From the NCBI GenBank assembly GCA_026391215.1, contig JAPLDX010000051.1:1-64000 (forward strand): DNA of 64,000 nucleotides, in the 5' to 3' direction. The notes below the pieces were generated by a model that was not told the DNA's origin, did no database searches, and saw only the letters and a list, made by a program, of their open reading frames with translations. The position numbers were made by a program, and so were the translations under genes. Every line of letters begins with the position of its first letter. Within the stretch, counting starts at the first letter, position 1. This DNA is from Bacteroidia bacterium (GTDB taxonomy: Bacteria; Bacteroidota; Bacteroidia; Bacteroidales; VadinHA17). Of the stretch, positions 30,675 to 41,785 are shown piece by piece.

Positions 30675-32188
30675 GGAAACCTGTAAATAAACCGCTTGCT
30701 GCAGCTATTCTGAGAAGAACATTTGCCGGTTTTTCCCTGGCAGTTGTTTTTCTTGTTTTGCTGTCCGGGAAAACTGCAGCACAGGACAATACCATGTATT
30801 TCTTTCATGGTATTCCACAGGCAAACCAGCTAAATCCTGCAATTATATTTCCTTGTAAAATATATGTAGAGCTTCCTGTTATATCATCAGTTAAGCTGAA
30901 CATACGCAATACGGGATTTGGATTTCATGATGCAGTTCATACTGGTACAGGAACCCAGGGAAATACCTATTATCTCGATCTTTCCAGCCTTGAAAAGAAA
31001 TTAAGCCGCATGAATTATCTTCGGACTGATATGGATATTGACCTTTTGGGATTTGGTCTAAATCTTAAGGATTGGTTTATCACTTTTGGAATTGCCAATC
31101 ATACTGAATTGAGAATAGCATATCCGGATGATGTAGTATCAGTTAAGGATGGAAACTGGCTGGTCGATGATGAGAGAGCAAATCCTGTGAGCTTTAATGG
31201 AATGGGAATCGATGCAACAAACTGGTACTCAATAGGAATAAGCGTAGCCAGAGAAGTCAGAGAAGGGCTGAAACTTGGTCTTAGAGTAAAATATATTCAG
31301 GGCGCAGCCAACATCAATACCCGGAGTTCAAGGCTTGAACTGAATACAATCACTAGCCCAATCGCTCTGGAAGCTGAAATGAAATACCGTCTTAATGCAT
31401 CATTCCCCGTCAGTTTGGGTTATGCAAGCAACGGATTGGTTAACAGCGTTAGCTTTGAAGATTCCTTCAATAATATCCCGGGTGATTTTATTTTTAACGG
31501 AAACAGGGGAGTCTCTATAGATGCCGGAACGATCTATGACCTTGATGAAAAAACACAGGTTGCCATAAGTTTCACTGATCTGGGATTCATCTGGTGGAGG
31601 AAAAATGTCAATAACTTCAACGCCAGCGGAAAATATACATTCAGTGGAATAAATCTGGATGAATATCAGTCAGATCCTGATCCGGATGATTTTTTACAAG
31701 CTCTTGAAGATTCCCTTTTGCAGGCGCTCACTGCTGAGGGTACTGTCAAAAGTTATCTGACATTCATGTCTATGAAAGTTTTCGGAGGAATTTCCAGGGA
31801 AATTATGCCAAATCTCCAAGCTGGAATAATGACGAGGACAGAAATTTATGACATGCGCGTAAGACCTTCCCTGACCATGTCACTTAATTATAAACCGATC
31901 CCTGCGCTGGCAGCTTCAATTAGCTATACAGTTATGAATAATAAACTGAACCAGGTTGGAGCAGGCCTTATGCTGGGGAACCGCGGAGCGCAGTTTTACC
32001 TTGTGACAGATAATATTCCTGTCCGTTTCACACGATATTCAGGATCTTCGTGGATGTGGCCTTATAATGCCCGCATGATCAGCCTGCGTTTCGGATTCAA
32101 CCTGATGTTTGGTTGTAATGAGAGGGATGACAAACAACAACTGCGAAAATCCGGTACAAATACTAAGCTGTGTCCTGCCTATTGGTGA
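30671..32188 (+). CDS. DUF5723-like outer-membrane beta-barrel protein
   Basis: PQANQLNPA, DLGFIWW, amphipathic strands ending RFGFNLMFG; ATGA overlap with upstream gene. Confidence 0.75.
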   Translation: MRKPVNKPLAAAILRRTFAGFSLAVVFLVLLSGKTAAQDNTMYFFHGIPQANQLNPAIIFPCKIYVELPVISSVKLNIRNTGFGFHDAVHTGTGTQGNTYYLDLSSLEKKLSRMNYLRTDMDIDLLGFGLNLKDWFITFGIANHTELRIAYPDDVVSVKDGNWLVDDERANPVSFNGMGIDATNWYSIGISVAREVREGLKLGLRVKYIQGAANINTRSSRLELNTITSPIALEAEMKYRLNASFPVSLGYASNGLVNSVSFEDSFNNIPGDFIFNGNRGVSIDAGTIYDLDEKTQVAISFTDLGFIWWRKNVNNFNASGKYTFSGINLDEYQSDPDPDDFLQALEDSLLQALTAEGTVKSYLTFMSMKVFGGISREIMPNLQAGIMTRTEIYDMRVRPSLTMSLNYKPIPALAASISYTVMNNKLNQVGAGLMLGNRGAQFYLVTDNIPVRFTRYSGSSWMWPYNARMISLRFGFNLMFGCNERDDKQQLRKSGTNTKLCPAYW

Positions 32189-32208
32189 TTTCCGGATCAG
32201 TTTGGAAC

Positions 32209-32787
32209 CTAATAATTGATACCATTCCTCAATATCTCTATAAAATCTGTAATAGCCTCTGCTTCTATAGTATCCTTTACAGGCGATAATCCTAGCAGTG
32301 CTCTCGCCTTGTTCAGATCATCTGTTGAAATGTAATCCTTACCTATTATAATATAGTATAATATAGCCGATTTCAGAGTATTGGCCTTAATCCTGAATGA
32401 ATAAGGACTTAACCGGGCAGGGAACAGATGAATATATCTCAATTCATCATTATGAAATTTCAACATCCAGATGGATGTGTCAGATAAAGTAATAGTTCTG
32501 AAATCACTTAAATTTCTGCCTGCCCATTCAGAAAAGACCTCATGATCTGCAAGTTTTTTTGAGGTAAGAAATCCGTTTACCTCTATGCATATTTCACCTA
32601 TTGTTAATCTACCGGTGTAAACATCCATGACAGATGTCCCTATATGTTTAAGCTCCTTTACCAGACTTTTAACATCAATCGCTTGATTTTCAGCTAATCT
32701 CTTGGAAATGAACTCCCTGATGAACAAAAGATGATGCTTCAGCGGATTAAACTGAAACAGTTCGGGTATCTGAAATTCTGTGGTCAT
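32209..32787 (-). CDS. Hypothetical protein
   Basis: 192-aa ORF, FNPLKHHL and YIHLFPAR motifs, no family recognised. Confidence 0.7.
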   Translation of the reverse strand: MTTEFQIPELFQFNPLKHHLLFIREFISKRLAENQAIDVKSLVKELKHIGTSVMDVYTGRLTIGEICIEVNGFLTSKKLADHEVFSEWAGRNLSDFRTITLSDTSIWMLKFHNDELRYIHLFPARLSPYSFRIKANTLKSAILYYIIIGKDYISTDDLNKARALLGLSPVKDTIEAEAITDFIEILRNGINY

Positions 32788-32899
32788 GATTTCAATAAAG
32801 CTAAAAAGTTCGGAAAAATAAGGAAATAAAACAATGTTATATCAGACATTATGATGAAATGAATAATAGCTTAACTTTATAATACAAAAACAAAGTTGT

Positions 32900-34153
32900 A
32901 TGGCAAGTTCGTCAAGACATAACTTCATTGAGACAATCAATCACCGTCAACCAGATAAAGTTGTTGTTGACTTCGGAGCAGCACCGGTAACAGGCATTCA
33001 CGTTGTTATTGTTGAGAAGCTGAGGGAGTATTACGGGCTGGAAAAACGACCTGTAAAGGTGATTGAACCTTACCAGATGCTTGGCGAGATTGACGCGGAA
33101 CTGATCAATGCAATGGATATCGATGTCATCGGACTTTCAGGTGAGAAGAATATGTTCAGCATCCCGAATAAAGACTGGAAGGTTCACAAAACGTTGTGGG
33201 GACAGGAAGTGCTCTTTCCCGGTGAATTCAACTACACCTATAACAACAACGGCGATATTCTGATCCATCCTGAAGGTGATACTTCTGTACCTCCAAGCGC
33301 TATGATGCCAAAAACCGGATACTTTTTTGATGCCCTCGACCGGCAGCTGCCTATAGATGATTCTAAACTCAGAGTGGAAGATAATCTTGAAGAATTTGGT
33401 TACGTGACTGAACATGATCTGGACTACTGGAAAAAACAGGTTGATGATGCTGATTCGGAATCAAAAGGGGTTCTGGCAAACCTCGGGGGAACAGCTCTCG
33501 GGGATATTGCCCTCGTGCCTGCTGTCGGACTTAAATATCCCAAAGGGATCAGGGGTATTGAAGAATGGTATATTTCAACGCTGACAAGGGAAGATTTCAT
33601 AAGAGAAATTTATGACAGGGAAACAGATATTGCTCTCGATAATCTTGGCAAACTTTACAAAGTGATAGGTAACAGAATTGATGTGGCATATATTTGCGGA
33701 GCAGACTTTGGCACACAAAATTCTACTTTTTGCTCTCCAGATACTTTTAAAAGATTATGGATGCCATATTATAAAAAAGTCAATTACTGGATCCATGAGA
33801 ACACGACCTGGAAAACATTTAAACATTCATGCGGGGCAGTGGAACCATTAATTTCCATGTTTATTGAATCGGGATTTGACATTCTTAATCCGGTTCAGAT
33901 AAATGCATCAGGCATGGATCCGCAGATGCTTAAGCAAAAATACGGGGATAAGATAATTTTCTGGGGCGGTGGTGTTGATACCCAGGGAGTTTTTGCATTT
34001 GGTACTCCGGAGCAGGTAAAGGAACAGGTCAGAAGACAATGTGATATCCTGAATAAGAATGGCGGTTTTGTGTTTAACACGATCCATAATATACAGGCAA
34101 ATGTTCCTTTTCAAAATGTAGTAGCAATGCTGGATGCTTTGAAAGATCTGTAG
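32900..34153 (+). CDS. URO-D/MtaA-CmuA-family (corrinoid methyltransferase-like) protein
   Basis: INHRQPDKVVVD, DFGTQ, FKHSCG Zn motif, LNPVQ, FWGGGVDTQ, HNIQ. Confidence 0.85.
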   Translation: MASSSRHNFIETINHRQPDKVVVDFGAAPVTGIHVVIVEKLREYYGLEKRPVKVIEPYQMLGEIDAELINAMDIDVIGLSGEKNMFSIPNKDWKVHKTLWGQEVLFPGEFNYTYNNNGDILIHPEGDTSVPPSAMMPKTGYFFDALDRQLPIDDSKLRVEDNLEEFGYVTEHDLDYWKKQVDDADSESKGVLANLGGTALGDIALVPAVGLKYPKGIRGIEEWYISTLTREDFIREIYDRETDIALDNLGKLYKVIGNRIDVAYICGADFGTQNSTFCSPDTFKRLWMPYYKKVNYWIHENTTWKTFKHSCGAVEPLISMFIESGFDILNPVQINASGMDPQMLKQKYGDKIIFWGGGVDTQGVFAFGTPEQVKEQVRRQCDILNKNGGFVFNTIHNIQANVPFQNVVAMLDALKDL

Positions 34154-35575
34154 ATGAAAGCAAGTAATTATAACCAGACATACCTGCTTTCAATAAGTCT
34201 GATCTCCGCCATGGGCGGGCTTCTGTTTGGCTATGATTGGGTGGTCATAGGCGGAGCCAAACCTTTCTATGAGCCATTTTTTGGAATAACCGGTAATCCG
34301 GCACTTCAGGGCTGGGTGATGAGCTGTGCCCTTACAGGTTGCCTGGCCGGAGCATTGTTATCAGGATGGCTTAGCGACAGGTTCGGAAGGAAAAAACTTC
34401 TGATATTCTCAGCCTTATTATTTATTGTTGCCTCGGTTGGGACAGGATCTGCAGGTAACCTGTCAGTATTCACTGTTTTCAGGATACTGGGAGGTGTCGG
34501 AATCGGACTAGCCTCGAACCTTTCACCCATATATATCGCAGAGGTTACGCCGGGTAGCGTCAGGGGCAGGTTCGTATCAATTAATCAGCTCACAATTGTA
34601 CTCGGAATACTTTTAGCCCAGATAGTAAACTGGAGGATCGCACAATCTGTTCCGGAAGGTACAACTGAAGCTGAAATATTGCTGTCATGGAATGGCCAGA
34701 CAGGATGGAGATGGATGTTCTATGCCTGCTCAGTACCTGCCGCTTTCTTCTTTATTCTAATGTGGTTTGTCCCTGAGAGTCCAAGATGGCTGGCAAGAAG
34801 TATAAATAATCATGATAAAGCCCAAAAAATACTTGGCAGGATCGGGGGACCGGAATATGCTGATAATGAAATCAGTGCTATAAAAGAGACTCTCAGGCAG
34901 GATTCAGGTAAAGTCAATTTACGGCTTCTTTTTCAGAGCGGCACTTTAAAACTTCTTATCCTTGGGATAGTACTCGCCGTATTACAGCAATGGTGTGGCA
35001 TAAATGTGATCTTTAATTATGCCCAGGAGATCTTTGCGTCGGCAGGTTATAGTGTTTCTGACATATTATTTAATATAGTAATAACAGGAAGTGTAAATCT
35101 TATTTTTACGTTCGTTGGCATGTTTACAGTAGACAGACTCGGAAGGAAAGCGCTGATGCTTATTGGCACAGGAGGGCTTGCAGGTATTTTTGCAGTGACA
35201 GGCAGCATGTACTTTTTCCATATTCAGGGATGGCCGCTACTTATCATGGTGGTTATTGCAATCGCATGCTATGCCATGTCGCTTGCTCCTGTCACCTGGG
35301 TGGTTCTCTCAGAGATCTTTCCAAACAGGATCAGGGGTATTGCCATGGCTGTAGCTACATTTTCATTATGGGCAGCCTGTTTTATTCTGACTTATACATT
35401 CCCTTTATTAAACCAGATCTTAAAAGCTTCAGGAACCTTCTGGCTGTACGGATTTATTTGTATTCTCGGATTTTGGTTCATGCTGAAAAAATTACCTGAA
35501 ACTAAAGGAAAATCGCTGGAAGAGATCGAACATGAATTACTTGGAAAATATTTAAAAAATGAGGAAGAATTATAA
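34154..35575 (+). CDS. Sugar porter family MFS transporter
   Basis: GGLLFGYD, DRFGRKK, PESPRWL, QQWCGIN, PETKGKSLE. Confidence 0.95.
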   Translation: MKASNYNQTYLLSISLISAMGGLLFGYDWVVIGGAKPFYEPFFGITGNPALQGWVMSCALTGCLAGALLSGWLSDRFGRKKLLIFSALLFIVASVGTGSAGNLSVFTVFRILGGVGIGLASNLSPIYIAEVTPGSVRGRFVSINQLTIVLGILLAQIVNWRIAQSVPEGTTEAEILLSWNGQTGWRWMFYACSVPAAFFFILMWFVPESPRWLARSINNHDKAQKILGRIGGPEYADNEISAIKETLRQDSGKVNLRLLFQSGTLKLLILGIVLAVLQQWCGINVIFNYAQEIFASAGYSVSDILFNIVITGSVNLIFTFVGMFTVDRLGRKALMLIGTGGLAGIFAVTGSMYFFHIQGWPLLIMVVIAIACYAMSLAPVTWVVLSEIFPNRIRGIAMAVATFSLWAACFILTYTFPLLNQILKASGTFWLYGFICILGFWFMLKKLPETKGKSLEEIEHELLGKYLKNEEEL

Positions 35576-38500
35576 TCATTTTATACATGGAGGTGCATTT
35601 ATAATAAGTATGCTGTTTATTCTGGTCTCAGGAAAACCTCTGTCGTGTCAGGTAACACTTTCTGAAGAGGAATGGATTTTGCCCACATATAAAGTTAATC
35701 CTCCTGACAAGAATTCGATGTTCTTTAAAGGAGAAGGATACCAGGGGGCCGCCAGGTATGTATATCCGCTCTCTTTGCTTGATAATCTTTCAGATGAGAA
35801 ATCTGATCATCCGTGGAAAGCATTAAAGCTTGCAAATGAATTCATTGAGCTCTGCATAACTCCGGAAATCGGGGGCAAGATCTGGTACGGGACCGATAAA
35901 ACAAACGGCTATAATTTTATTTATAAAAACAATGTTGTTAGACCTTCAAACATTGGAATGACTGGCGCCTGGGTTTCCGGCGGGATTGAATGGTGTGTCC
36001 TTCATCATCACCGGGCATCAACTTTCCTGCCTGTCGATTATGAGATGAAAGAAAACAGCGATGGCAGCAAGACAGTCTGGATAGGCGAAACAGAACCACG
36101 TCACGGAATAAGATGGACAATAGGGATAACCGTCTTCCCGGGGAAAGCCTATTTTGAGGCAGAAGTAAAAATCCATAATCAGACCCCGTTTACACATACA
36201 TTTCTCTACTGGGCAAATGTTGCAGCTCATACAAACGAAAATTACCAGGTTATTTTTCCTCCCAGCGTACAGTACGCTACCTATCATGCCAAGAATGCTT
36301 TCATTCACTGGCCTGTAGCTGAGGAAACCTACAGAGGCCAGGAATTCACAAAAGGAAAAGATATGAGCTGGTGGAAGAATTCGCCAGTCTCAAACTCATT
36401 CTTTGCATACGACCTCAAAGAGGATTTCATGGGAGGCTATGATCATGGAAGAGAGACTGGCACTGTACATATCGGCGATCACAATATTGTGAAAGGTGCA
36501 AAATTATGGGAATGGGGATCAGGCGAACAGGGACAGGCAACCGAGGCAAGACTTACTGAGAATGACGGACCCTATGTTGAAATAATGGTGGGAGCATTCT
36601 CCGACAACCAACCCGATTATAGCTGGATAAAACCTTATGAAGTGAAGAGTTTCAGACAATACTGGTATCCTGTCAGGGATATCGGTGGTTTCAAATATGC
36701 AAACCTGAATGGCGCTGTTAACCTCGAGTTAAAGGAGGATAATTCAATATTCCTTGGATACTATTCAACACAGAAAGTGAGCAAGGCAAAAATTGTGCTT
36801 AAAAACAGGGACAAGATCATCTTTGAGAAAAAACTTGAGATATCTCCGTCAGTTGCTTTTACAGGAACAGTAAGAATAAACGAAGCTTTGAAATTAACGA
36901 ACCTCTATACGGAACTTATAAATATAGAAACCGGGGAGGTACTGGTTTCTTATCAACCTGTTGAAAAGAATTATGATGAAAGCCTTCCTGAAATAGTCGA
37001 AAAGCCAGCTCTGCCAGCGGATATCCAGACTATCGAGGAGTTGTACCTTGCAGGCAGCAGGATAGAGCAATTCTATAATACCAGCCTGAATGCAATGGAT
37101 TATTTCCTTGAAGCACTGAAACGTGACCCGGCGGATATCAGGACAAACACGGCGGTTGGCAGCATATATCTGAAGAATGGCGATTACTCTATGGCCAGGA
37201 AACATTTTGCTGTTGCAATCAAAAGACTGACAAAAGATTATACAAGACCATCCGGATGTGAAGCACTTTATCTTCAGGGACTTACGCTGAAAGCGATGGA
37301 TCTCTATGATGAGGCTATTGACACTCTTTTTCGCGCTTCCTGGGATTATGCTTTTTGCTCTGCATCATATCTTGAACTTGCAAGAATCTCAGTTTTAACA
37401 GGAAATCTGAACAAAGCGCTCAATCAGGTAAAGGAATCACTGAAGACAAATTCAACAAACAACAGTGCAATTAACCTGAAAGCAGCGTTGCTTCGAAAAC
37501 TGGATGACCTGGACGGAGCTAGAGAGACACTTTCAGGTATACTTAAATCCGATCCGCTTGACTTCAGGGCATGTAACGAAAGCTATCTTCTGGCAAAAAA
37601 GGAAGGGAATCTCAATATTGCTGAAAGAGAACTTGCAGATCTGAGTGGAAAAATGAGGGATTTCGATCAGAATTACCTGGAGCTGGCTATAGGCTACCTT
37701 AACGACGGAATGCCCAATGAAGCTGAAGAGGTACTCAGCCGTTTCAAGGGAAAGAATCCGGAGATATGCTATTATCTTGGTTATATCAGTAATAAGAATG
37801 GTAAAAAATCAGATGCTGGAAAATTCTTCAAGGAGGGATCATCCCTTGCAGTTGATTATTGCTTTCCCTACAGGCTTGAATCGATAAAAGTATTTAACCT
37901 GGCATCAAGCTACAATCCTGATGATCCGAAACCCTATTATTATCTGGGGAATCTTTTATATGACAAGCAACCTGAGAAGGCAATCGGATTCTGGGAGAAA
38001 GCAGTGAAATTCGATCCTTCCTTTGCCATTGCATACAGAAACCTGGGATGGGCATATTACCAGACAAACCACGATATTCCTGCAGCGATTGGAGCCTATG
38101 AAAATGCCGTGAAGTATAAAAATGATGATCCGGTTTACTATGCAGAGCTGGATCCATTGTATGAACTGAACAACACCCCGGTTAAAACCAGGGCGATGCT
38201 TTTCGCAGGCAGTAATGATGCAGCAAAACAGCGTGATGATTCATTTATCCGGCAGGTCCTGGTGTATGTTCTTTCTGGTGAGCCTGAAAAAGCCCTGGAG
38301 AACCTGAACAGCAGGTACTTCGGATACAGGGAAGGCAGTGCAAGGGTTGCTGATGTGACTGTTGACGCTTACCTGATGCTGGGGATGAAGTATTTTTCGC
38401 AGAAGAACTACAGGCAGGCGCTTGAACAATTCATGGCTTCGCTGAACACTTTTGTCGGAGAGGAGAACAACAGGAGGATCCCTCAGATAAATTATTTCAT

Positions 38501-38894
38501 TGGATTAGCTTATGATGCCCTTGACAGCAAATCGAAAGCCAAAGCTCATTTTACTAAAGCCGTGGAACAGTCTGTCAGGGGGGGATCAGGATATGTCAGC
38601 TATTACCAGGGTTTAAGCTGGCTACAGCTTGGGAATGAGGCAAAATCCACAGAGATTTTCAATTCACTCATTGAAGAAGGTGACAGGAGAATTAAACAGG
38701 GAACCGATATTGATTTCTTCGCAACATTCAGGGAAAAGGAGGCAGAAAATTCAATACTATCCGATGCATACATGATGAAAGGACTCGGATATAAAGGTCT
38801 TGGCAAAAAAGATCTGGCAAAGGAAAACCTTAAAAAATCGGTTGATTTTTCGAATAGCAACCTTTGGGCGGATACCGAACTACAGAATTTATAA
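35559..38894 (+). CDS. DUF5107 + TPR repeat protein (YphG-like)
   Basis: GAWVSGGIEW, HHHRAST, GAKLWEWG, DNQPDYSW, then a long TPR array; signal-peptide-like N-terminus. Confidence 0.82.
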   Translation: MRKNYNHFIHGGAFIISMLFILVSGKPLSCQVTLSEEEWILPTYKVNPPDKNSMFFKGEGYQGAARYVYPLSLLDNLSDEKSDHPWKALKLANEFIELCITPEIGGKIWYGTDKTNGYNFIYKNNVVRPSNIGMTGAWVSGGIEWCVLHHHRASTFLPVDYEMKENSDGSKTVWIGETEPRHGIRWTIGITVFPGKAYFEAEVKIHNQTPFTHTFLYWANVAAHTNENYQVIFPPSVQYATYHAKNAFIHWPVAEETYRGQEFTKGKDMSWWKNSPVSNSFFAYDLKEDFMGGYDHGRETGTVHIGDHNIVKGAKLWEWGSGEQGQATEARLTENDGPYVEIMVGAFSDNQPDYSWIKPYEVKSFRQYWYPVRDIGGFKYANLNGAVNLELKEDNSIFLGYYSTQKVSKAKIVLKNRDKIIFEKKLEISPSVAFTGTVRINEALKLTNLYTELINIETGEVLVSYQPVEKNYDESLPEIVEKPALPADIQTIEELYLAGSRIEQFYNTSLNAMDYFLEALKRDPADIRTNTAVGSIYLKNGDYSMARKHFAVAIKRLTKDYTRPSGCEALYLQGLTLKAMDLYDEAIDTLFRASWDYAFCSASYLELARISVLTGNLNKALNQVKESLKTNSTNNSAINLKAALLRKLDDLDGARETLSGILKSDPLDFRACNESYLLAKKEGNLNIAERELADLSGKMRDFDQNYLELAIGYLNDGMPNEAEEVLSRFKGKNPEICYYLGYISNKNGKKSDAGKFFKEGSSLAVDYCFPYRLESIKVFNLASSYNPDDPKPYYYLGNLLYDKQPEKAIGFWEKAVKFDPSFAIAYRNLGWAYYQTNHDIPAAIGAYENAVKYKNDDPVYYAELDPLYELNNTPVKTRAMLFAGSNDAAKQRDDSFIRQVLVYVLSGEPEKALENLNSRYFGYREGSARVADVTVDAYLMLGMKYFSQKNYRQALEQFMASLNTFVGEENNRRIPQINYFIGLAYDALDSKSKAKAHFTKAVEQSVRGGSGYVSYYQGLSWLQLGNEAKSTEIFNSLIEEGDRRIKQGTDIDFFATFREKEAENSILSDAYMMKGLGYKGLGKKDLAKENLKKSVDFSNSNLWADTELQNL

Positions 38895-38936
38895 TCACTG
38901 AGATTGTGCCAGAATAAAATATATAATATTTTGATT

Positions 38937-41774
38937 ATGAGATATTTGTTTTGTCTGATATTGATTATTGGCGGGTGCACCGCAAAACACCCGGAAGGGC
39001 TGCGAATAATATCTCTGGCCGGAGAATGGGGTTTTAAAACGGACTCTCTCGATAAGGGAATTGATGAGCAATGGTCCAACGTGAGGTTTGATGAAACAGT
39101 TAACCTGCCGGGTTCTATGGCCGAAAACGGTAAAGGCGAAGAAGTCACTGTAAACACAGACTGGACAGGTGATATTGTTGACAGATCCTATTTCACAGAA
39201 AAGAAATATGAAAAATACCGTCAGCCGGGGAATATCAAAATCCCATTCTGGCTGAAGCCAGTGAAATATTATAAAGGTGTCGCATGGTATCAGAAGGAGG
39301 TAGAAATTCCTGATAGCTGGAAAGGAAAGCGGGTTGTACTTTTTCTTGAAAGGTGCCACTGGGAGTCGACAGTCTTCGTAAACGGAAACAAGGCAGGAAC
39401 TCAAAACAGCCTCGCAACACCTCATGAGTACGATATCTCTGATCTGTTGCAGCCAGGAAAAAACCTGTTAAGCATAAGGATTGATAACAGGGTTGTAATT
39501 CCGGTGGGAGTAAACTCACACAGCATAAGTGACCATACTCAATCGAACTGGAACGGAATTACCGGAGAAATATGCCTGTATTCAACTTCTCTTCAATATA
39601 TTAATGATATTAAAGTCATTCCTGATATTGAGAATGAGTCAGCGAAAATCATTGTCAGCATCAAGAATCCGGGAAACGCTGATTTCAAAGGTAAGCTCAG
39701 GATAAAGGCACAATCCTTCAACTCAGAAAATATACAGAAGCTTCCCCGGAAAAATGTAAGAATTGTTACAAATGCTGACGGGCAGCAGGTGATCATTAAT
39801 TATAAGATCCGTGATCCGCAGTTATGGAGTGAGTTTAATCCTGTTGTGTACAGATTATCGGCGAATCTCCGGGGACCAGGCAATATAACAATTGATAAGC
39901 AGGAAGTTGATTTCGGCATGAGGGAATTTAAAGCCAATGGAACACGCTTTGAGATAAATGGGATTCCTGTATTTCTCAGGGGAACGACAGAATGCTGTAT
40001 TTTCCCTCTTACCGGTTATCCTCCGGCAGATGTTGATTCATGGGTAAAGGTACTGAGTACCATAAAGGATTACGGACTTAACCATGTGCGTTTCCATTCT
40101 TTTTGTCCACCGGAAGCAGCATTCATTGCTGCCGATAAGCTCGGTATCTATTTCCATATTGAATGCAGTTCATGGGCAAACCAGGGTGCATCTGTAGGTG
40201 ACGGTACTCCTCTGGATAAATTCATTTACGAAGAGGGAGCCCGGATTCTGAAGGAGTATGGAAATCATCCTTCATTCTGCATGCTTGCATATGGCAATGA
40301 GCCCGGAGGAAGAAACCAGAATAAATTTCTTGGTGATTTAATAACTTACTGGAAATCAATAGATAATAGAAGGGTTTATACATCAGCGGCAGGATGGCCG
40401 ATAATCCCTGAAAACGATTATAACCTGACATCTGAACCAAGGATACAACATTGGGAAGAAGGTCTGAAAAGCATTATTAATGCTGAGCCGCCTCAGACAA
40501 AGTATGACTTTCGCGATTTTGTTTCAAAATACAATGTACCAACAGTCAGTCATGAGATAGGACAATGGTGTGTCTATCCGGATTTTAAGGAGATTGAAAA
40601 ATATACGGGAGTTCTGAAGCCTACAAATATTGAAATATTCAGGGAGACCCTTGAAGCGAACAATATGGGAGGACAGGCAGAGGATTTCCTGAAAGCTTCA
40701 GGGAAGCTTCAGGTACTTTGTTATAAGGCTGATATTGAGGCAGCATTGAGGACTCCCGGATTTGGAGGTTTTGAGATGCTTCAGCTTCATGATTTCCCGG
40801 GTCAGGGAACAGCCCTCGTGGGTATTCTGAATCCTTTCTTTGAATCCAAAGGATATGTTACACCTGAAGAGTTCAGGATGTTCTGCAACGAAACTGTTCC
40901 GCTTGCAAGAATGGAGAAGCTGATTTACAAGAATGGCGAAACATTCGCGCCAAGAATTGAAATAGCACATTTTGGCGCAAAGCCTGTTTATAATGCTGAA
41001 ATATTTTGCCAGGTTACTGATTCCTCCGGGCAAATCCTCCGCAAAGAAATAATGACAATGGATGAAATAAAAATCGGGGATGAGAATATTGCAGGAGTAT
41101 TTGCGATGGATATACCAGAGATCATAAATGCACAAAAACTCATATTCGAAGTTTCCATTATTGGCACATCATTTAAAAACAAATGGGATTTCTGGGCTTA
41201 TCCTTCTGCAGATGAATCAAAACCGGGTAGTGTTTATATCACTGATAAGCTGGACAGGAATGCTGAAGATATACTTAGAAAAGGAGGATCAGTCTTATTT
41301 CTGACTTATGGCAATGTTGGAAAGACAAAAGGAGCGCAGGTGGCAATCGGTTTCTCCAGTATCTTTTGGAACACAGCCTGGACCAATAATCAGGCTCCGC
41401 ATACACTTGGAATTCTTTGCGATCCTGCCCATCCGTTATTTAAAAGCTTCCCGACAGAATATCACAGCAACTGGCAGTGGTGGGATCCTGTGACGCACTC
41501 CCAGGCTATGATACTTGACGGATTTCCTGCAGAGCTTAAACCGTTGATTCAACCTATAGATACGTGGTTTGAGAACAGGAGGCTGGCGCTGGCTTTCGAA
41601 GCAAAATGTGGCGGTGGGAAGCTGATGGCCTGCAGTGTAAACATGAAGGATAGCCTTGATCAAAGGCCCGTTACAAGTCAGCTTCTAAGGTCAATGCTGA
41701 ACTACATGAATAGCGAATCGTTTGATCCCCACGTAAATATTGAGGTGAATAAGATCAGAGAATTGATTAACTAA
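38937..41774 (+). CDS. Glycoside hydrolase family 2 lipoprotein
   Basis: Lipobox IGGC, GVAWYQKE, RFHSFCPP, NHPSF, YGNEP, SHEIGQW. Confidence 0.87.
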   Translation: MRYLFCLILIIGGCTAKHPEGLRIISLAGEWGFKTDSLDKGIDEQWSNVRFDETVNLPGSMAENGKGEEVTVNTDWTGDIVDRSYFTEKKYEKYRQPGNIKIPFWLKPVKYYKGVAWYQKEVEIPDSWKGKRVVLFLERCHWESTVFVNGNKAGTQNSLATPHEYDISDLLQPGKNLLSIRIDNRVVIPVGVNSHSISDHTQSNWNGITGEICLYSTSLQYINDIKVIPDIENESAKIIVSIKNPGNADFKGKLRIKAQSFNSENIQKLPRKNVRIVTNADGQQVIINYKIRDPQLWSEFNPVVYRLSANLRGPGNITIDKQEVDFGMREFKANGTRFEINGIPVFLRGTTECCIFPLTGYPPADVDSWVKVLSTIKDYGLNHVRFHSFCPPEAAFIAADKLGIYFHIECSSWANQGASVGDGTPLDKFIYEEGARILKEYGNHPSFCMLAYGNEPGGRNQNKFLGDLITYWKSIDNRRVYTSAAGWPIIPENDYNLTSEPRIQHWEEGLKSIINAEPPQTKYDFRDFVSKYNVPTVSHEIGQWCVYPDFKEIEKYTGVLKPTNIEIFRETLEANNMGGQAEDFLKASGKLQVLCYKADIEAALRTPGFGGFEMLQLHDFPGQGTALVGILNPFFESKGYVTPEEFRMFCNETVPLARMEKLIYKNGETFAPRIEIAHFGAKPVYNAEIFCQVTDSSGQILRKEIMTMDEIKIGDENIAGVFAMDIPEIINAQKLIFEVSIIGTSFKNKWDFWAYPSADESKPGSVYITDKLDRNAEDILRKGGSVLFLTYGNVGKTKGAQVAIGFSSIFWNTAWTNNQAPHTLGILCDPAHPLFKSFPTEYHSNWQWWDPVTHSQAMILDGFPAELKPLIQPIDTWFENRRLALAFEAKCGGGKLMACSVNMKDSLDQRPVTSQLLRSMLNYMNSESFDPHVNIEVNKIRELIN

Positions 41775-41785
41775 TCAGCCTGATC

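Noticed and set aside
32832-32862. dif-like site (TTATGATGAAAT)
   Set aside because: Poor match to the XerD arm and no XerC arm
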